From an uncultured Ruminococcus sp. (GTDB taxonomy: Bacteria > Bacillota > Clostridia > Oscillospirales > CAG-272): a stretch of DNA of 64,000 bases. The notes under the pieces were generated by a model, which did not search any database, was not told the DNA's origin, and worked only from the letters and a program-made list of their open reading frames with translations. Below, one piece after another: positions 21,484-30,605 of the stretch (the stretch's first letter is position 1; each line of letters opens with the position of its first letter). The position numbers were made by a program, and so were the translations under genes. Location of the stretch: assembly GCA_964430105.1 (NCBI GenBank), contig CAYSEF010000002.1:10411-74410 (forward strand), read 5' to 3'.

Positions 21484-23613
21484 TTACAACCGGTAACTGA
21501 TTTCTTCAATAATATTAGTTACAAAGCTTACGATCTTTGCCATAAGGCTGGAGAAAAGAACACCGATAAACATGATGAATGCCATACCAACGATGGTAGC
21601 AAGACAAGTAAGGATATTCTTTCCGATAGAATAGTCGTGAGTAACCATCATTGCGAAGAACAGAAGGAGACCGAGCCAAATGTATGCAAGAGATGAAAGG
21701 AGAGTCAAGAAACCAGATTCATCAAGGCTCAAGAAGTTCGACGCGATAGTTCCGGGAAGAATGAGAAGCGGAAGGGGAGTGAGGCAGTAGCAGGATGCAA
21801 CGAAGATATCCTTCATGGAACCTTCACCTTCAAAGAGTGTTGTAAGACACCAGTTGGAAATTACCCAGAGAAGGAGCGGAACTACAACTGCGGAGATCGC
21901 ACCCATAATATTGAATGTTGTAGACGGGAATGGATTGAAAATGTAGCCTTTACCGATGGTATCGTAGAAGTATACGATTACGGTAGCGAGAAGGATAACG
22001 AACGCACTTCTTACAGAACCACGCTTTTCATGCTTAAGATCCCAGAACGCATCAAACGGATGGAAGATAGCATAGAATGCGTAGAGAAGTTCTTCTTTAA
22101 GGCTCTTACGACCAACCTTAAGAGCAGTACGCTTATTAACTTTAGAAGCAAATCCGAAGAATTTAGCCAAAAGTACACAAGCAACAACTATAACGATCGG
22201 AATAAGCCAGAAGTATTTGTTCGCCCATTCTTTACGGATTTCCTTATAAGCTTCGGAATAGTTTTCAGTATCATAAGCATACTGATAATATTTCATAGCT
22301 TCTTCGTATTCACCCTGACGGTAAAGAGCCTTACCGATCTGGGTATATGCAGGGCTAAAGTTATTGTTTCTCTTAAGGATTTCAGTCCAGTCATCGATAG
22401 CCTTATCATACTGTCTGTTATTGTCGTGTTCGAGAGCGGTGATAAGGAGGTCAGCGTACTCGGTACGGCGGTAGATAACGACATTATCATTTGTCTTATC
22501 GAGGAGGAGGATATCAGAACCCTGATAGCAGATAGCTTCAACGCTGTCAATGTTACCGGTCTGAGTACCGATATCACCGAAAACGAAGAGGAGGTTACCG
22601 TTTTCATCATAGGTGAACACCTTAGATCTCTTTTCGTCGATGATTGACCATGTTCCTTCAGGACCCATAGCAACGTCGATGACCTTAGAAGCACCTGTGA
22701 TATTAGCGGTAGAACGGTTAGAAACTGAAACTTCACCGGACGGCGGGTAGTAACCATTACGAGCCATTACGTCTGCACCGGAAGCATTGAGCTTCTTAAC
22801 AGGAGCAAAGTCAGAAGACTTATCTTTATTTCTAATAGCATTCTGCTGGTCGTTCGCGTCGATTGAAGATGTAGTTACATAAATGAAGTTTTTATCATCG
22901 ATAGTGATGTTATTAAACTCAGTAGAAACGTATTCTTCCTGCTGTTCTCTCTGTTCTTCAGTCTGGAAATTTCTCCAAAGAATATCGAGAGCGGAGATAG
23001 AAACCTTCTGAGCACCGATGAAACCGAAGAATTCGCCATTAGTATTAAGAACGATGATACCCTGATAAGTAGTTGAAGAAACTACGAACACACGGCCGTA
23101 ATCGTCAACTGCACAAGCAACCGGCTTATAAATGGAACCTTCTTCGAAGAGGTTTGACTTAGGCTGGGGAATAATCTTAACGTAATTACCCTCAAGGTCG
23201 AACATTACGATACGGTTATTGTCAGTATCGCAGACGTAGATGTATTCTTCATCAGCGAACACACCGGACGGATTAGTAAAGCTGTCCGGTACGCCATGTT
23301 CGTTAGTAAATGTAGTAATTTCGAACAGAAGCTTGCAATAACGGTCGCATACGATGATGCGGTTAGTGGAGCCAAGTGCGAAATAAACTCTTCCGTCGGG
23401 GCCGACCATCATATCACGAGGATCATCGAAGTCGGAAAGACCGATGTAGGAAGCGTTAACTACTGTATCCGGCACATACGCTGCGGGGGATACCGAAACA
23501 TCACCGGAGAAGTCGTATGTATAAGTCGCATAAGGAGTTGCCGCTGAAACAACGGTAGGAAGAATCATTACGAGAGTAAGGGCGATAAGGAGTATTTTAT
23601 AAAACTTTTTCAT
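21484..23613 (-). CDS. Signal peptide + NHL-repeat beta-propeller + TPR + C-terminal Yip1-type multi-TM domain protein
   Basis: NHL-like repeats (PSGVFADEEYIYVCDTDNNRIVMFDLEGN...), TPR (GKALYRQGEYEEAMKYYQYAY) and ~5 C-terminal TM helices in a Yip1-like pattern. AAGGAGG RBS. Confidence 0.75.
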   Translation of the reverse strand: MKKFYKILLIALTLVMILPTVVSAATPYATYTYDFSGDVSVSPAAYVPDTVVNASYIGLSDFDDPRDMMVGPDGRVYFALGSTNRIIVCDRYCKLLFEITTFTNEHGVPDSFTNPSGVFADEEYIYVCDTDNNRIVMFDLEGNYVKIIPQPKSNLFEEGSIYKPVACAVDDYGRVFVVSSTTYQGIIVLNTNGEFFGFIGAQKVSISALDILWRNFQTEEQREQQEEYVSTEFNNITIDDKNFIYVTTSSIDANDQQNAIRNKDKSSDFAPVKKLNASGADVMARNGYYPPSGEVSVSNRSTANITGASKVIDVAMGPEGTWSIIDEKRSKVFTYDENGNLLFVFGDIGTQTGNIDSVEAICYQGSDILLLDKTNDNVVIYRRTEYADLLITALEHDNNRQYDKAIDDWTEILKRNNNFSPAYTQIGKALYRQGEYEEAMKYYQYAYDTENYSEAYKEIRKEWANKYFWLIPIVIVVACVLLAKFFGFASKVNKRTALKVGRKSLKEELLYAFYAIFHPFDAFWDLKHEKRGSVRSAFVILLATVIVYFYDTIGKGYIFNPFPSTTFNIMGAISAVVVPLLLWVISNWCLTTLFEGEGSMKDIFVASCYCLTPLPLLILPGTIASNFLSLDESGFLTLLSSLAYIWLGLLLFFAMMVTHDYSIGKNILTCLATIVGMAFIMFIGVLFSSLMAKIVSFVTNIIEEISYRL

Positions 23614-23623
23614 TGAGTCCTCC

Positions 23624-24499
23624 TTAATCTTTCATGCCGCTGGAGCCCATTGTTTCAATGATGTTCGACTGAGAAACGACGAATACGAGAATCGGAACGA
23701 CCATCATTACAACGGTAGCGGCAGCAGATGCACCGGAACGAGCGATACCGCCGGCAGTGATCTGACCAATTGCGTAGTTTAATGTCTTAAGCTGTTCAGA
23801 GTAAATGAACGAGGATGCACCGGAGTTCCAAAGACCCTGGAAGGAATAAACGATCAGAGTCAGCCAACCCGGCTTAACCATAGGCATTGCGATGGACCAG
23901 AAGGTACGGAGTTCGGAAGCACCGTCGATACGAGCTGATTCAAGAACTTCGTTAGAAATGTTGGATTCCATGAACTGCTTCATAAGGTAAAGACCGAGAG
24001 TTGAACACCATGCGGGAACGATAACTGCGAAGTATGTATCGATCCAACCGATCATAGACATTGTGATGAAGTTTACGATACCGGTAACGGTAGCAGTAAA
24101 CATAAGGGACTTCTGAATAAGCCAGAAGAACTGCTTAGAACCCGGGAAATCGATCTTTGCAAGAGCGTAAGCACAGATGGATGCGAGAACGAGGTTACCG
24201 AATGTACCACCTACGGAAATAAGAACCGTATTGAAGATGTAACGTGAGAACGGAACCCAGGAGTCGCCCATGAGGTTAAAGAGGTCTGTAAAGTTACCGA
24301 GTGTCGGGTTTACAACGTAGAAACGCGGGGGGAAGTAGAAGAGTTCGTTCAGAGGCTTAAGCGACTGAATGATCTGATAATACATAGGAAGGAACATGAA
24401 CAGACCGAAAATGGTGAGGACAACAGTGATACCTGCGTCACCGCCTGCAGATCTGTTAAGTACGACCTGATGCTTTCTTGTTCTTAATTTTCTTGCCAT
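23624..24499 (-). CDS. Carbohydrate ABC transporter permease (MalG-like)
   Basis: ...LESARIDGASELRTFWSIAMPM... EAA loop; 6 TM helices. Confidence 0.9.
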   Translation of the reverse strand: MARKLRTRKHQVVLNRSAGGDAGITVVLTIFGLFMFLPMYYQIIQSLKPLNELFYFPPRFYVVNPTLGNFTDLFNLMGDSWVPFSRYIFNTVLISVGGTFGNLVLASICAYALAKIDFPGSKQFFWLIQKSLMFTATVTGIVNFITMSMIGWIDTYFAVIVPAWCSTLGLYLMKQFMESNISNEVLESARIDGASELRTFWSIAMPMVKPGWLTLIVYSFQGLWNSGASSFIYSEQLKTLNYAIGQITAGGIARSGASAAATVVMMVVPILVFVVSQSNIIETMGSSGMKD

Positions 24500-24500
24500 G

Positions 24501-25445
24501 TTACTCGCCCACCTTTGAAATAAGTTTAGTTACGAGCACGTTAGAACCGATCATCATAAGGAAGAGAATGAACGAAATCGCGGAAGCATAACCAACCTCC
24601 CAACGGTTGTTCTGATACTCATCCAAGTGGTGAGTCAACGTGTAAGCTACATAGTCAACGGACGGGTTGCCCGCAAGAGCTGATACGATACCACCGAAGC
24701 CGAAACCACCGGTGATAGAAAGGATAGCACCGAACATCAGCTGCGGTTTCATAGACGGCAGAGTGATGTACCAAAGTTCCTGCCAACGGTTCTTAATACC
24801 GTCGATAGCGCCTGCTTCAAAGAGACTCTTATTGATACCCTGAAGACCTGCGATAAATGACAGGAAGGAGGTACCAAGGGAGGTCCAAAGAGCAACTACT
24901 ACGCAGAGTGCAAATACATAATCCGCATTCTGGAACCATTTGATAGGAGCATCAATGATACCCATATCGAGGAGGATAGCGTTTACCCAACCATAAGCGT
25001 CACTGGAGAACAATGTTGCCCATACGAGGTATACGTTACCTGCAATAGAAGGTGCATAGAAGATAAGTGTTACGATAGCACGAATCTTCGGGGGAAGCTC
25101 ATTAATAAACCATGCTACTATATAAGAAATTATGTAGGAAGCAGGGCCTGTGATAGCAGCGAAGAGAAGTGTATTCTTCAGAGCTGTCACAAAGAGGTCA
25201 TCGTCAAGGAACAATGTGATGTAGTTATCCATGAAGATGAACTTCGGCATTTCAAGCATGTTGAACTGCGTAAAGCTCAGTACAAGAGACAGCGCAACGG
25301 GAACGATGGTGAAGATGAAGAAGAGGATCATAAACGGCGCGATCATGAAGTACGCTGTTTTATTCTTTCTCACCAGGAACCATGTCCATTCGGCTTTAGT
25401 CATCTCTTTACGAGTCTTGACTTGTTTTTCAGTATTTTTAGACAT
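24501..25445 (-). CDS. Carbohydrate ABC transporter permease (MalF-like)
   Basis: ...FEAGAIDGIKNRWQELWYITLPS... EAA loop; polytopic. Confidence 0.9.
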   Translation of the reverse strand: MSKNTEKQVKTRKEMTKAEWTWFLVRKNKTAYFMIAPFMILFFIFTIVPVALSLVLSFTQFNMLEMPKFIFMDNYITLFLDDDLFVTALKNTLLFAAITGPASYIISYIVAWFINELPPKIRAIVTLIFYAPSIAGNVYLVWATLFSSDAYGWVNAILLDMGIIDAPIKWFQNADYVFALCVVVALWTSLGTSFLSFIAGLQGINKSLFEAGAIDGIKNRWQELWYITLPSMKPQLMFGAILSITGGFGFGGIVSALAGNPSVDYVAYTLTHHLDEYQNNRWEVGYASAISFILFLMMIGSNVLVTKLISKVGE

Positions 25446-25486
25446 GTACTCTCTCCTTTGTCAGAATTTCTTTTATGACAGAGCGA

Positions 25487-28400
25487 TCATTCAATGTAAG
25501 ATTCAAGAGCATCAGCTGCCTGATTAATATATGTAGCAAGCTGAGCCTGATTTTCGTCAGCAGTGTTAAGACCTGCTGCAGCTGCTCTGAGCGCATCAAT
25601 ATCTTCCGAACCGATTGCATCGGAAACAGCATCTATAGCAGCGGAGCTTTCCATTGTGCTGATAAGCTCTGTAGCCTGACTGAGACGCTTAGAAGCGAGG
25701 GTCTGACCGATTTCAAGAATTTCGAGATCAAACTCAGTTCTCTTTCTGTTGATTTCCTTGTTTATAGTGTTGATATATTCAAGGAGGGATGCAACAGGGT
25801 CTGCCTTATTATTATAAGCGTCAAGGAATGCGAAGCTGGTGTAACGACCAAGAATGTAGGAACCGGGATAGTTTGTAATAGCAGCGGTGTGACTCATCTG
25901 CTTCATAAGCTGTTCATACTCTCTGGAAGTCCAAGGAAGTTCTTCGAGAGCATCCATGTTAGCGGTCGGGTTCTTAGCAGCAGGACCGAGGATCGCAACA
26001 AGCTCATTGGAGTAGTCAACCTGGAAGTCAGTGTCTGTATACCAGCACATATATTCCCAAGCTGCACCGATATCTCTAGCACCGGACATCATAACGAGTG
26101 CGGAGGAACCGGACATTACAGTATTGTTGATAGTTCCATCTTCCTGAACGAAACCGGGAACGGGACCGAATTCCCAAAGACCTGCGATTTCAGTAGCGAA
26201 GATGATGACGTTGTTATATGCCGTGTAGGGCTGGATAGCGATCGGCATTTCACCGGTTCTGAAACGGTTAGCAAAGTCATAGTCAACAGGGAGAGAATAC
26301 TGTGTAAACATATTACACATAGTCTCAAATGAATCGAGTGAGAGGTTTGCGTCGAGGTTGATTCTCATACCGTCATCAGCCCAGAGGTGACCACCCATCT
26401 GATACATATACATCTGATAGTCCTGAGACATACCGATTTCCATGTTGTTGAACTGGAGAACAGGGATCATAGCAAGAAGGTCATCCCATGTTTCGGGAAC
26501 TTCAAGACCAAGGTCAGCGATGATATCTGTACGATAGAACATCATGTTCCAGGTCTGAGTTTCGGGGAGACCGTATACCTTACCGTAAAGTTCAAGCGGA
26601 ACCATAGCGGCATCGGTAAATCTGCTTACGATTTCGTGATAATCACTGAATATCTCACGCATTTCAGCGTTATAAGCCTTTTCGTCTTCATCGTCGTCAG
26701 CCTGATCTTCGTAAGCTTCGGGGTTAATCGCAAGAACAGCGGAACGGATAGCGTACTGGATCGGGTCAACGCCTGTACCGGGAAGAGCAACTTCAGGACC
26801 TACACCTGCAAGAACAGACGGGAGAAGTGTACCGCCCGCAACGAGCTTAAGTGTTGCATCGATATTATGCTTAGGACCGAAGTCGTTATCCATAAGAGTA
26901 CGGATGATCTGAGCCTGGTCACGACCGGTAGAAACCCAAACTTCAATGCTGCGTTCCTTTGCATCTTCTTCGCTTGAACCACCGAGTGAGTTATAGTCGG
27001 TGTAGAAGGAAGCGAGGAACTGTCTGAATTCGTACCACAGAGCCTGAAGGAAGTTTGCATCAGCCTTCGGGAGCTCAGCAGAAGCAGGCTGAACCAGGAT
27101 ATAGTCAAGTTCAAGGGGCTGGGAGCTTACTGTATTTACCCAGTCACCGAGAGTACCGATGTCGGACTTAAGGTTTGTAAGGTTTTTAGCGATCTTGTCT
27201 TCATCTGTACCCATTTCAACAAGACGCTTTCTTACAGTTTCAAGTGATGCGGAGTTCTGAGACTTAACGTTAGCCATGCCTTCAATATAGGAAATAACTT
27301 CCGCAAGATTGAGGGACTGAACAACGAGGTCTTCAACTACATCGGGAAGAACTCTACCGAAGCCGTAGTCACGATATTTATCGGGAGTTGCACCGGTGAG
27401 CTTGATGATTTCGAGGTAGTCATTGTTAACGGAATCAAGGATCTCCTTAACCTGACGAACTACGCCACCCATTTCACCGAGAGTTACTTCAAAGCGAACT
27501 GTGTGTGTACCGGGTTCAAGGTAGAACTGGAAGGTATCTGCGCCATTGTTGAGAGCTTCAACCTGCCATCCGGTGTTATAATTGAACTTAGCATAGTTAG
27601 CTTCTTCAAAAGGAACCTTACCATCAATATAAATTCTTCTTGATGTGTAGATACCGGGAAGCTCATTCTGTCTGAAACGGGTTACGATGCTGTAAAGACC
27701 TGCTGTCTCAACTTCAAATTCGTATTCAACCCACTGACCGGGAGTTACCCATTTTTCACTACCAATGGTATTCAGACGGATCTTTGCGGAGTCCTGCGGC
27801 TCTGTAATAGCAGATTTACGGTCATAAATCGGATATACAGTATAGTCGGAGGTCTTAGTCGGAGTTTCTGCGGCAATATAGATGGGTTCCGCATTAGCTT
27901 CGCTCTTTCCGCTGATATATTCATCATAAGACAGCTTGTCTTCATAAGGATATATCGTAATGGACTTGATTACCATAGATTCACGAACGCCCTCGAGAGA
28001 GATGGTATTCTTGCCCTTTTCGAAATAGAATTCAAAAGGATTTGCATAATAACCATTTGCGTCAATGAAATCGTATTCATTCCATTCATGTGCAACAGTA
28101 GATGTAGGACGGAGCTCGTTTCCGTTGCTGTCCTTCTGGAATCTGCCTGTTTCAGTATCATATGCATTCACCCACGTCTTCTTCATAAGAAGATAGCGTG
28201 CTTCAGAGAACGGAACAACACCGTTTATGTGAAGCATACGTTCAATTGAGTTTGTTTTGTCGGTAACGGAGCTGTATTCGATTTTCATCGCATACATACC
28301 CGTTGACGGAATATCCAGCTCCCAGGTAACCTTACCGTTGTCTGATACCTTTAAAGCTTTACCGCTCATTCCTCCATAATCCGAAACAACTTCAACAACT

Positions 28401-28651
28401 GCGTCAGTCTGATCTTCAAAATAGTTGATAGCATCAACAGTTACAGAAGAGCTTCCTCTCTCCACGCCTTCATAGTCTTCCATGTACTCTGCGTAGGAGA
28501 TGGATTTAAAGGATTCGCTGATTTCCTGCAAAGTCGTTTTCTGAGTTGCAGCTTTCTCTTCGGCAGCACCAGCGGCAGTCGAGAGAGTCGGTACAACCAT
28601 AAGAAGCGACAGTAAGAGGCACGTCAGCTTTTTGCTTGTGGTTTTTCTCAT
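25487..28651 (-). CDS. Giant extracellular solute-binding protein: two CBM6/35-like beta-sandwich modules fused to a family-1 SBP domain
   Basis: Signal peptide MRKTTSKKLTCLLLSLLMVVPTLSTAAGA. There are two segments with CBM-like signatures (GKVTWELDIPSTGMYAMKIEY...INGV and GQWVEYEFEVETAGLYSIVTRF...IDGK). The C-terminal ~500 aa is SBP-like. The ATG at 28651 follows GGAGGAAGG. Confidence 0.75.
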   Translation of the reverse strand: MRKTTSKKLTCLLLSLLMVVPTLSTAAGAAEEKAATQKTTLQEISESFKSISYAEYMEDYEGVERGSSSVTVDAINYFEDQTDAVVEVVSDYGGMSGKALKVSDNGKVTWELDIPSTGMYAMKIEYSSVTDKTNSIERMLHINGVVPFSEARYLLMKKTWVNAYDTETGRFQKDSNGNELRPTSTVAHEWNEYDFIDANGYYANPFEFYFEKGKNTISLEGVRESMVIKSITIYPYEDKLSYDEYISGKSEANAEPIYIAAETPTKTSDYTVYPIYDRKSAITEPQDSAKIRLNTIGSEKWVTPGQWVEYEFEVETAGLYSIVTRFRQNELPGIYTSRRIYIDGKVPFEEANYAKFNYNTGWQVEALNNGADTFQFYLEPGTHTVRFEVTLGEMGGVVRQVKEILDSVNNDYLEIIKLTGATPDKYRDYGFGRVLPDVVEDLVVQSLNLAEVISYIEGMANVKSQNSASLETVRKRLVEMGTDEDKIAKNLTNLKSDIGTLGDWVNTVSSQPLELDYILVQPASAELPKADANFLQALWYEFRQFLASFYTDYNSLGGSSEEDAKERSIEVWVSTGRDQAQIIRTLMDNDFGPKHNIDATLKLVAGGTLLPSVLAGVGPEVALPGTGVDPIQYAIRSAVLAINPEAYEDQADDDEDEKAYNAEMREIFSDYHEIVSRFTDAAMVPLELYGKVYGLPETQTWNMMFYRTDIIADLGLEVPETWDDLLAMIPVLQFNNMEIGMSQDYQMYMYQMGGHLWADDGMRINLDANLSLDSFETMCNMFTQYSLPVDYDFANRFRTGEMPIAIQPYTAYNNVIIFATEIAGLWEFGPVPGFVQEDGTINNTVMSGSSALVMMSGARDIGAAWEYMCWYTDTDFQVDYSNELVAILGPAAKNPTANMDALEELPWTSREYEQLMKQMSHTAAITNYPGSYILGRYTSFAFLDAYNNKADPVASLLEYINTINKEINRKRTEFDLEILEIGQTLASKRLSQATELISTMESSAAIDAVSDAIGSEDIDALRAAAAGLNTADENQAQLATYINQAADALESYIE

Positions 28652-28860
28652 AGAACCTTCCTCCTGCAAATTTCTGAGCAGCATTCTGTTGACCGACAGT
28701 CGCCGCTCTACCCCATATCGAGGTTTTTATGCTTTAATACAAATAAAATGAAGTTATTTGTACGAAAAAGCATATTTTAGAGGTATTACACCGCCCATTT
28801 CGGCGTAAAAACCCCTCGGAAGCGTAAAAATTACACTACTCCCGATATTTATATGCCAAT

Positions 28861-28889
28861 ATAATAGCATAATCGTACAAAATTGTCAA
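28861..28889 (-). promoter_or_regulatory. Candidate promoter of the long ABC operon
   Basis: TTGACA (28889-28884), 17 nt, then TATTAT (28866-28861) on the minus strand. This implies a ~200-nt leader. Confidence 0.55.
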
Positions 28890-29025
28890 GCGCATACAAG
28901 TTGACTCCATGCAATTTTTACACCGAAAAAACGATAATTTACCCTCCTCTTTCCGATTCGTTCTTTCTTAGGTAATTTTACACAACATTTATCCTATTTT
29001 TTTCACATAGTCATTCTTTCGATTT

Positions 29026-29040
29026 GTAAATTCAATTTAC
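29026..29040. promoter_or_regulatory. Perfect palindrome GTAAATT-C-AATTTAC (candidate operator 1)
   Basis: Read directly from the sequence. It shares the extended left arm GATTTGTAAAT with the site at 29130. Confidence 0.4.
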
Positions 29041-29129
29041 TTCTTTTGTTTGTTTAAGGTATTTTAAGCTTATTTTAATGTTTATTTTTCGTCTTTAATT
29101 TGAACTTAATGTGAACCTGTGCTTGATTT

Positions 29130-29144
29130 GTAAATATAATTTAC
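29130..29144. promoter_or_regulatory. Palindrome GTAAAT-ATA-ATTTAC (candidate operator 2)
   Basis: Read directly from the sequence. Its centre is 104 bp (about 10 helical turns) from site 1. Confidence 0.4.
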
Positions 29145-29442
29145 CGTTACATATGTAATTAACTTAAGGGGTATGTGACTGATGTGTGTTTTGCCAATGA
29201 CTCCCTTTGAGCAATCTGCACAATTTTTGCGACGTTTTTTCTACACCTAAGCACAATGCACAAATTTCTAAAAAATCGCTTTTTTCTCGTCTTATATGTG
29301 CGCTGCAGACTCCGTGATAACCGGATCAAGCAGAAGCAACGCCCCGTATTATGCAACTTTTCTTCATTTATTATATAGTATATCAATCGGCTGATATTTT
29401 TCCGACTTGTCAGCTTGTTTTTAAAATAATCGGTATCACCTA

Positions 29443-29472
29443 TTGACAAAAATGTCATGATTCATATATAAT
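29443..29472 (+). promoter_or_regulatory. Candidate promoter of the glucokinase gene
   Basis: TTGACA (29443-29448), 18 nt, then TATAAT (29467-29472). A short 5'-UTR hairpin ATGCGG...CCGCAT follows. Confidence 0.6.
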
Positions 29473-29527
29473 ATATGCAGTGATGCGGTACAGGTTGCCG
29501 CATGAATAAGAAAGCAGGTAAATAATA

Positions 29528-30490
29528 ATGTACTACATTGGTGTTGACCTTGGCGGAACTAACATCGCTATAGGTATTGTAAATGAAGAATTTGAGATCG
29601 TTAAGAAGGGCAGCGTACCCACAAAGCCCGAACGTGGTAACGATCCTATTATCGAAGACATGGCTGCTCTTGCTAAGAAGCTCGTTGCTGAATGCGGACT
29701 TACTATGGATGATATCGAATATGCAGGCGTAGCTACTCCCGGTACTGCTAACAGCGACACAGGTGTTGTAGAATACTCTAACAACATCAAGTTTGTAAAG
29801 TATCCTCTCGCTGAAAAGCTCTCTGCTCTCCTTGACGGTAAGCCGGTTTACATTGAAAACGATGCAAACGCTGCTGCTAAGGCTGAAGCTATGGCAGGTG
29901 TTGCAAAGGGCGCACAGTTCGCTGTAATGATCACTCTCGGCACAGGTCTCGGCGGTGGTATCGTACTCGACGGAAAGGTATACTCCGGATTCAACTTCGC
30001 AGGTGCTGAACTTGGTCACACCGTTATCGAAAAGGATGGTCGTCAGTGCACTTGCGGTCGTAAGGGTTGCTGGGAAACCTACAGCTCTGCTACCGGCCTT
30101 GTAAACATCACAAAGGATCGTATCCTTGATGCTCGTGCAGCAGGCAGAAAGACCGCTATGGACGAAATGATCGGCGGTGACCTTGATAAAGTATCCGCTC
30201 GCACAGCTTTCACTGCAATGAAGGCAGGCGATGAAGTTGCAGCTGAAGTTGTTGACGAATACATCACCTATCTCGCAATAGGCGTTGCAAATGTTATCAA
30301 CGTATTCCAGCCTAACGTACTCTGCATCGGTGGCGGTGTATGTAACGAAGGCGAATACCTCACAAAGCCTCTTATCGAAAAGGTGTTCTCTGAAACATAT
30401 TCTCGTGAAGGCACACCTCAGACACAGATCAAGATCGCAAAGCTCGGCAATGATGCAGGTATCATCGGCGCTGCTGTTCTCGGTAAGTAA
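29528..30490 (+). CDS. glcK: ROK-family glucokinase
   Basis: MYYIGVDLGGTNIAIGIV..., ENDANAAA, and the Zn motif CTCGRKGCWE. There is no N-terminal HTH, so it is a kinase rather than a repressor. Confidence 0.9.
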   Translation: MYYIGVDLGGTNIAIGIVNEEFEIVKKGSVPTKPERGNDPIIEDMAALAKKLVAECGLTMDDIEYAGVATPGTANSDTGVVEYSNNIKFVKYPLAEKLSALLDGKPVYIENDANAAAKAEAMAGVAKGAQFAVMITLGTGLGGGIVLDGKVYSGFNFAGAELGHTVIEKDGRQCTCGRKGCWETYSSATGLVNITKDRILDARAAGRKTAMDEMIGGDLDKVSARTAFTAMKAGDEVAAEVVDEYITYLAIGVANVINVFQPNVLCIGGGVCNEGEYLTKPLIEKVFSETYSREGTPQTQIKIAKLGNDAGIIGAAVLGK

Positions 30491-30507
30491 TCTGATAATA
30501 CAAATTT

Positions 30508-30562
30508 CGGGGCTGTTGCATTTTGGAATTTTCTTCCTTAATGCGACAGCCTCGATTTTTTT
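30508..30562 (+). terminator. Intrinsic terminator after glcK
   Basis: CGGGGCTGTTGCAT...ATGCGACAGCCTCG stem (two wobble/mismatch positions) followed by T7. Confidence 0.65.
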
Positions 30563-30605
30563 GTAAATATAGCTTTTTATATTACCCTGATTATTTTACC
30601 AAGCT

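Noticed and set aside
29159-30019. Track ORFs 29159..29458 (-) and 29462..30019 (-)
   Set aside because: The first is a basic low-complexity translation of AT-rich spacer overlapping the glcK promoter. The second is antisense to the well-supported ROK glucokinase gene.
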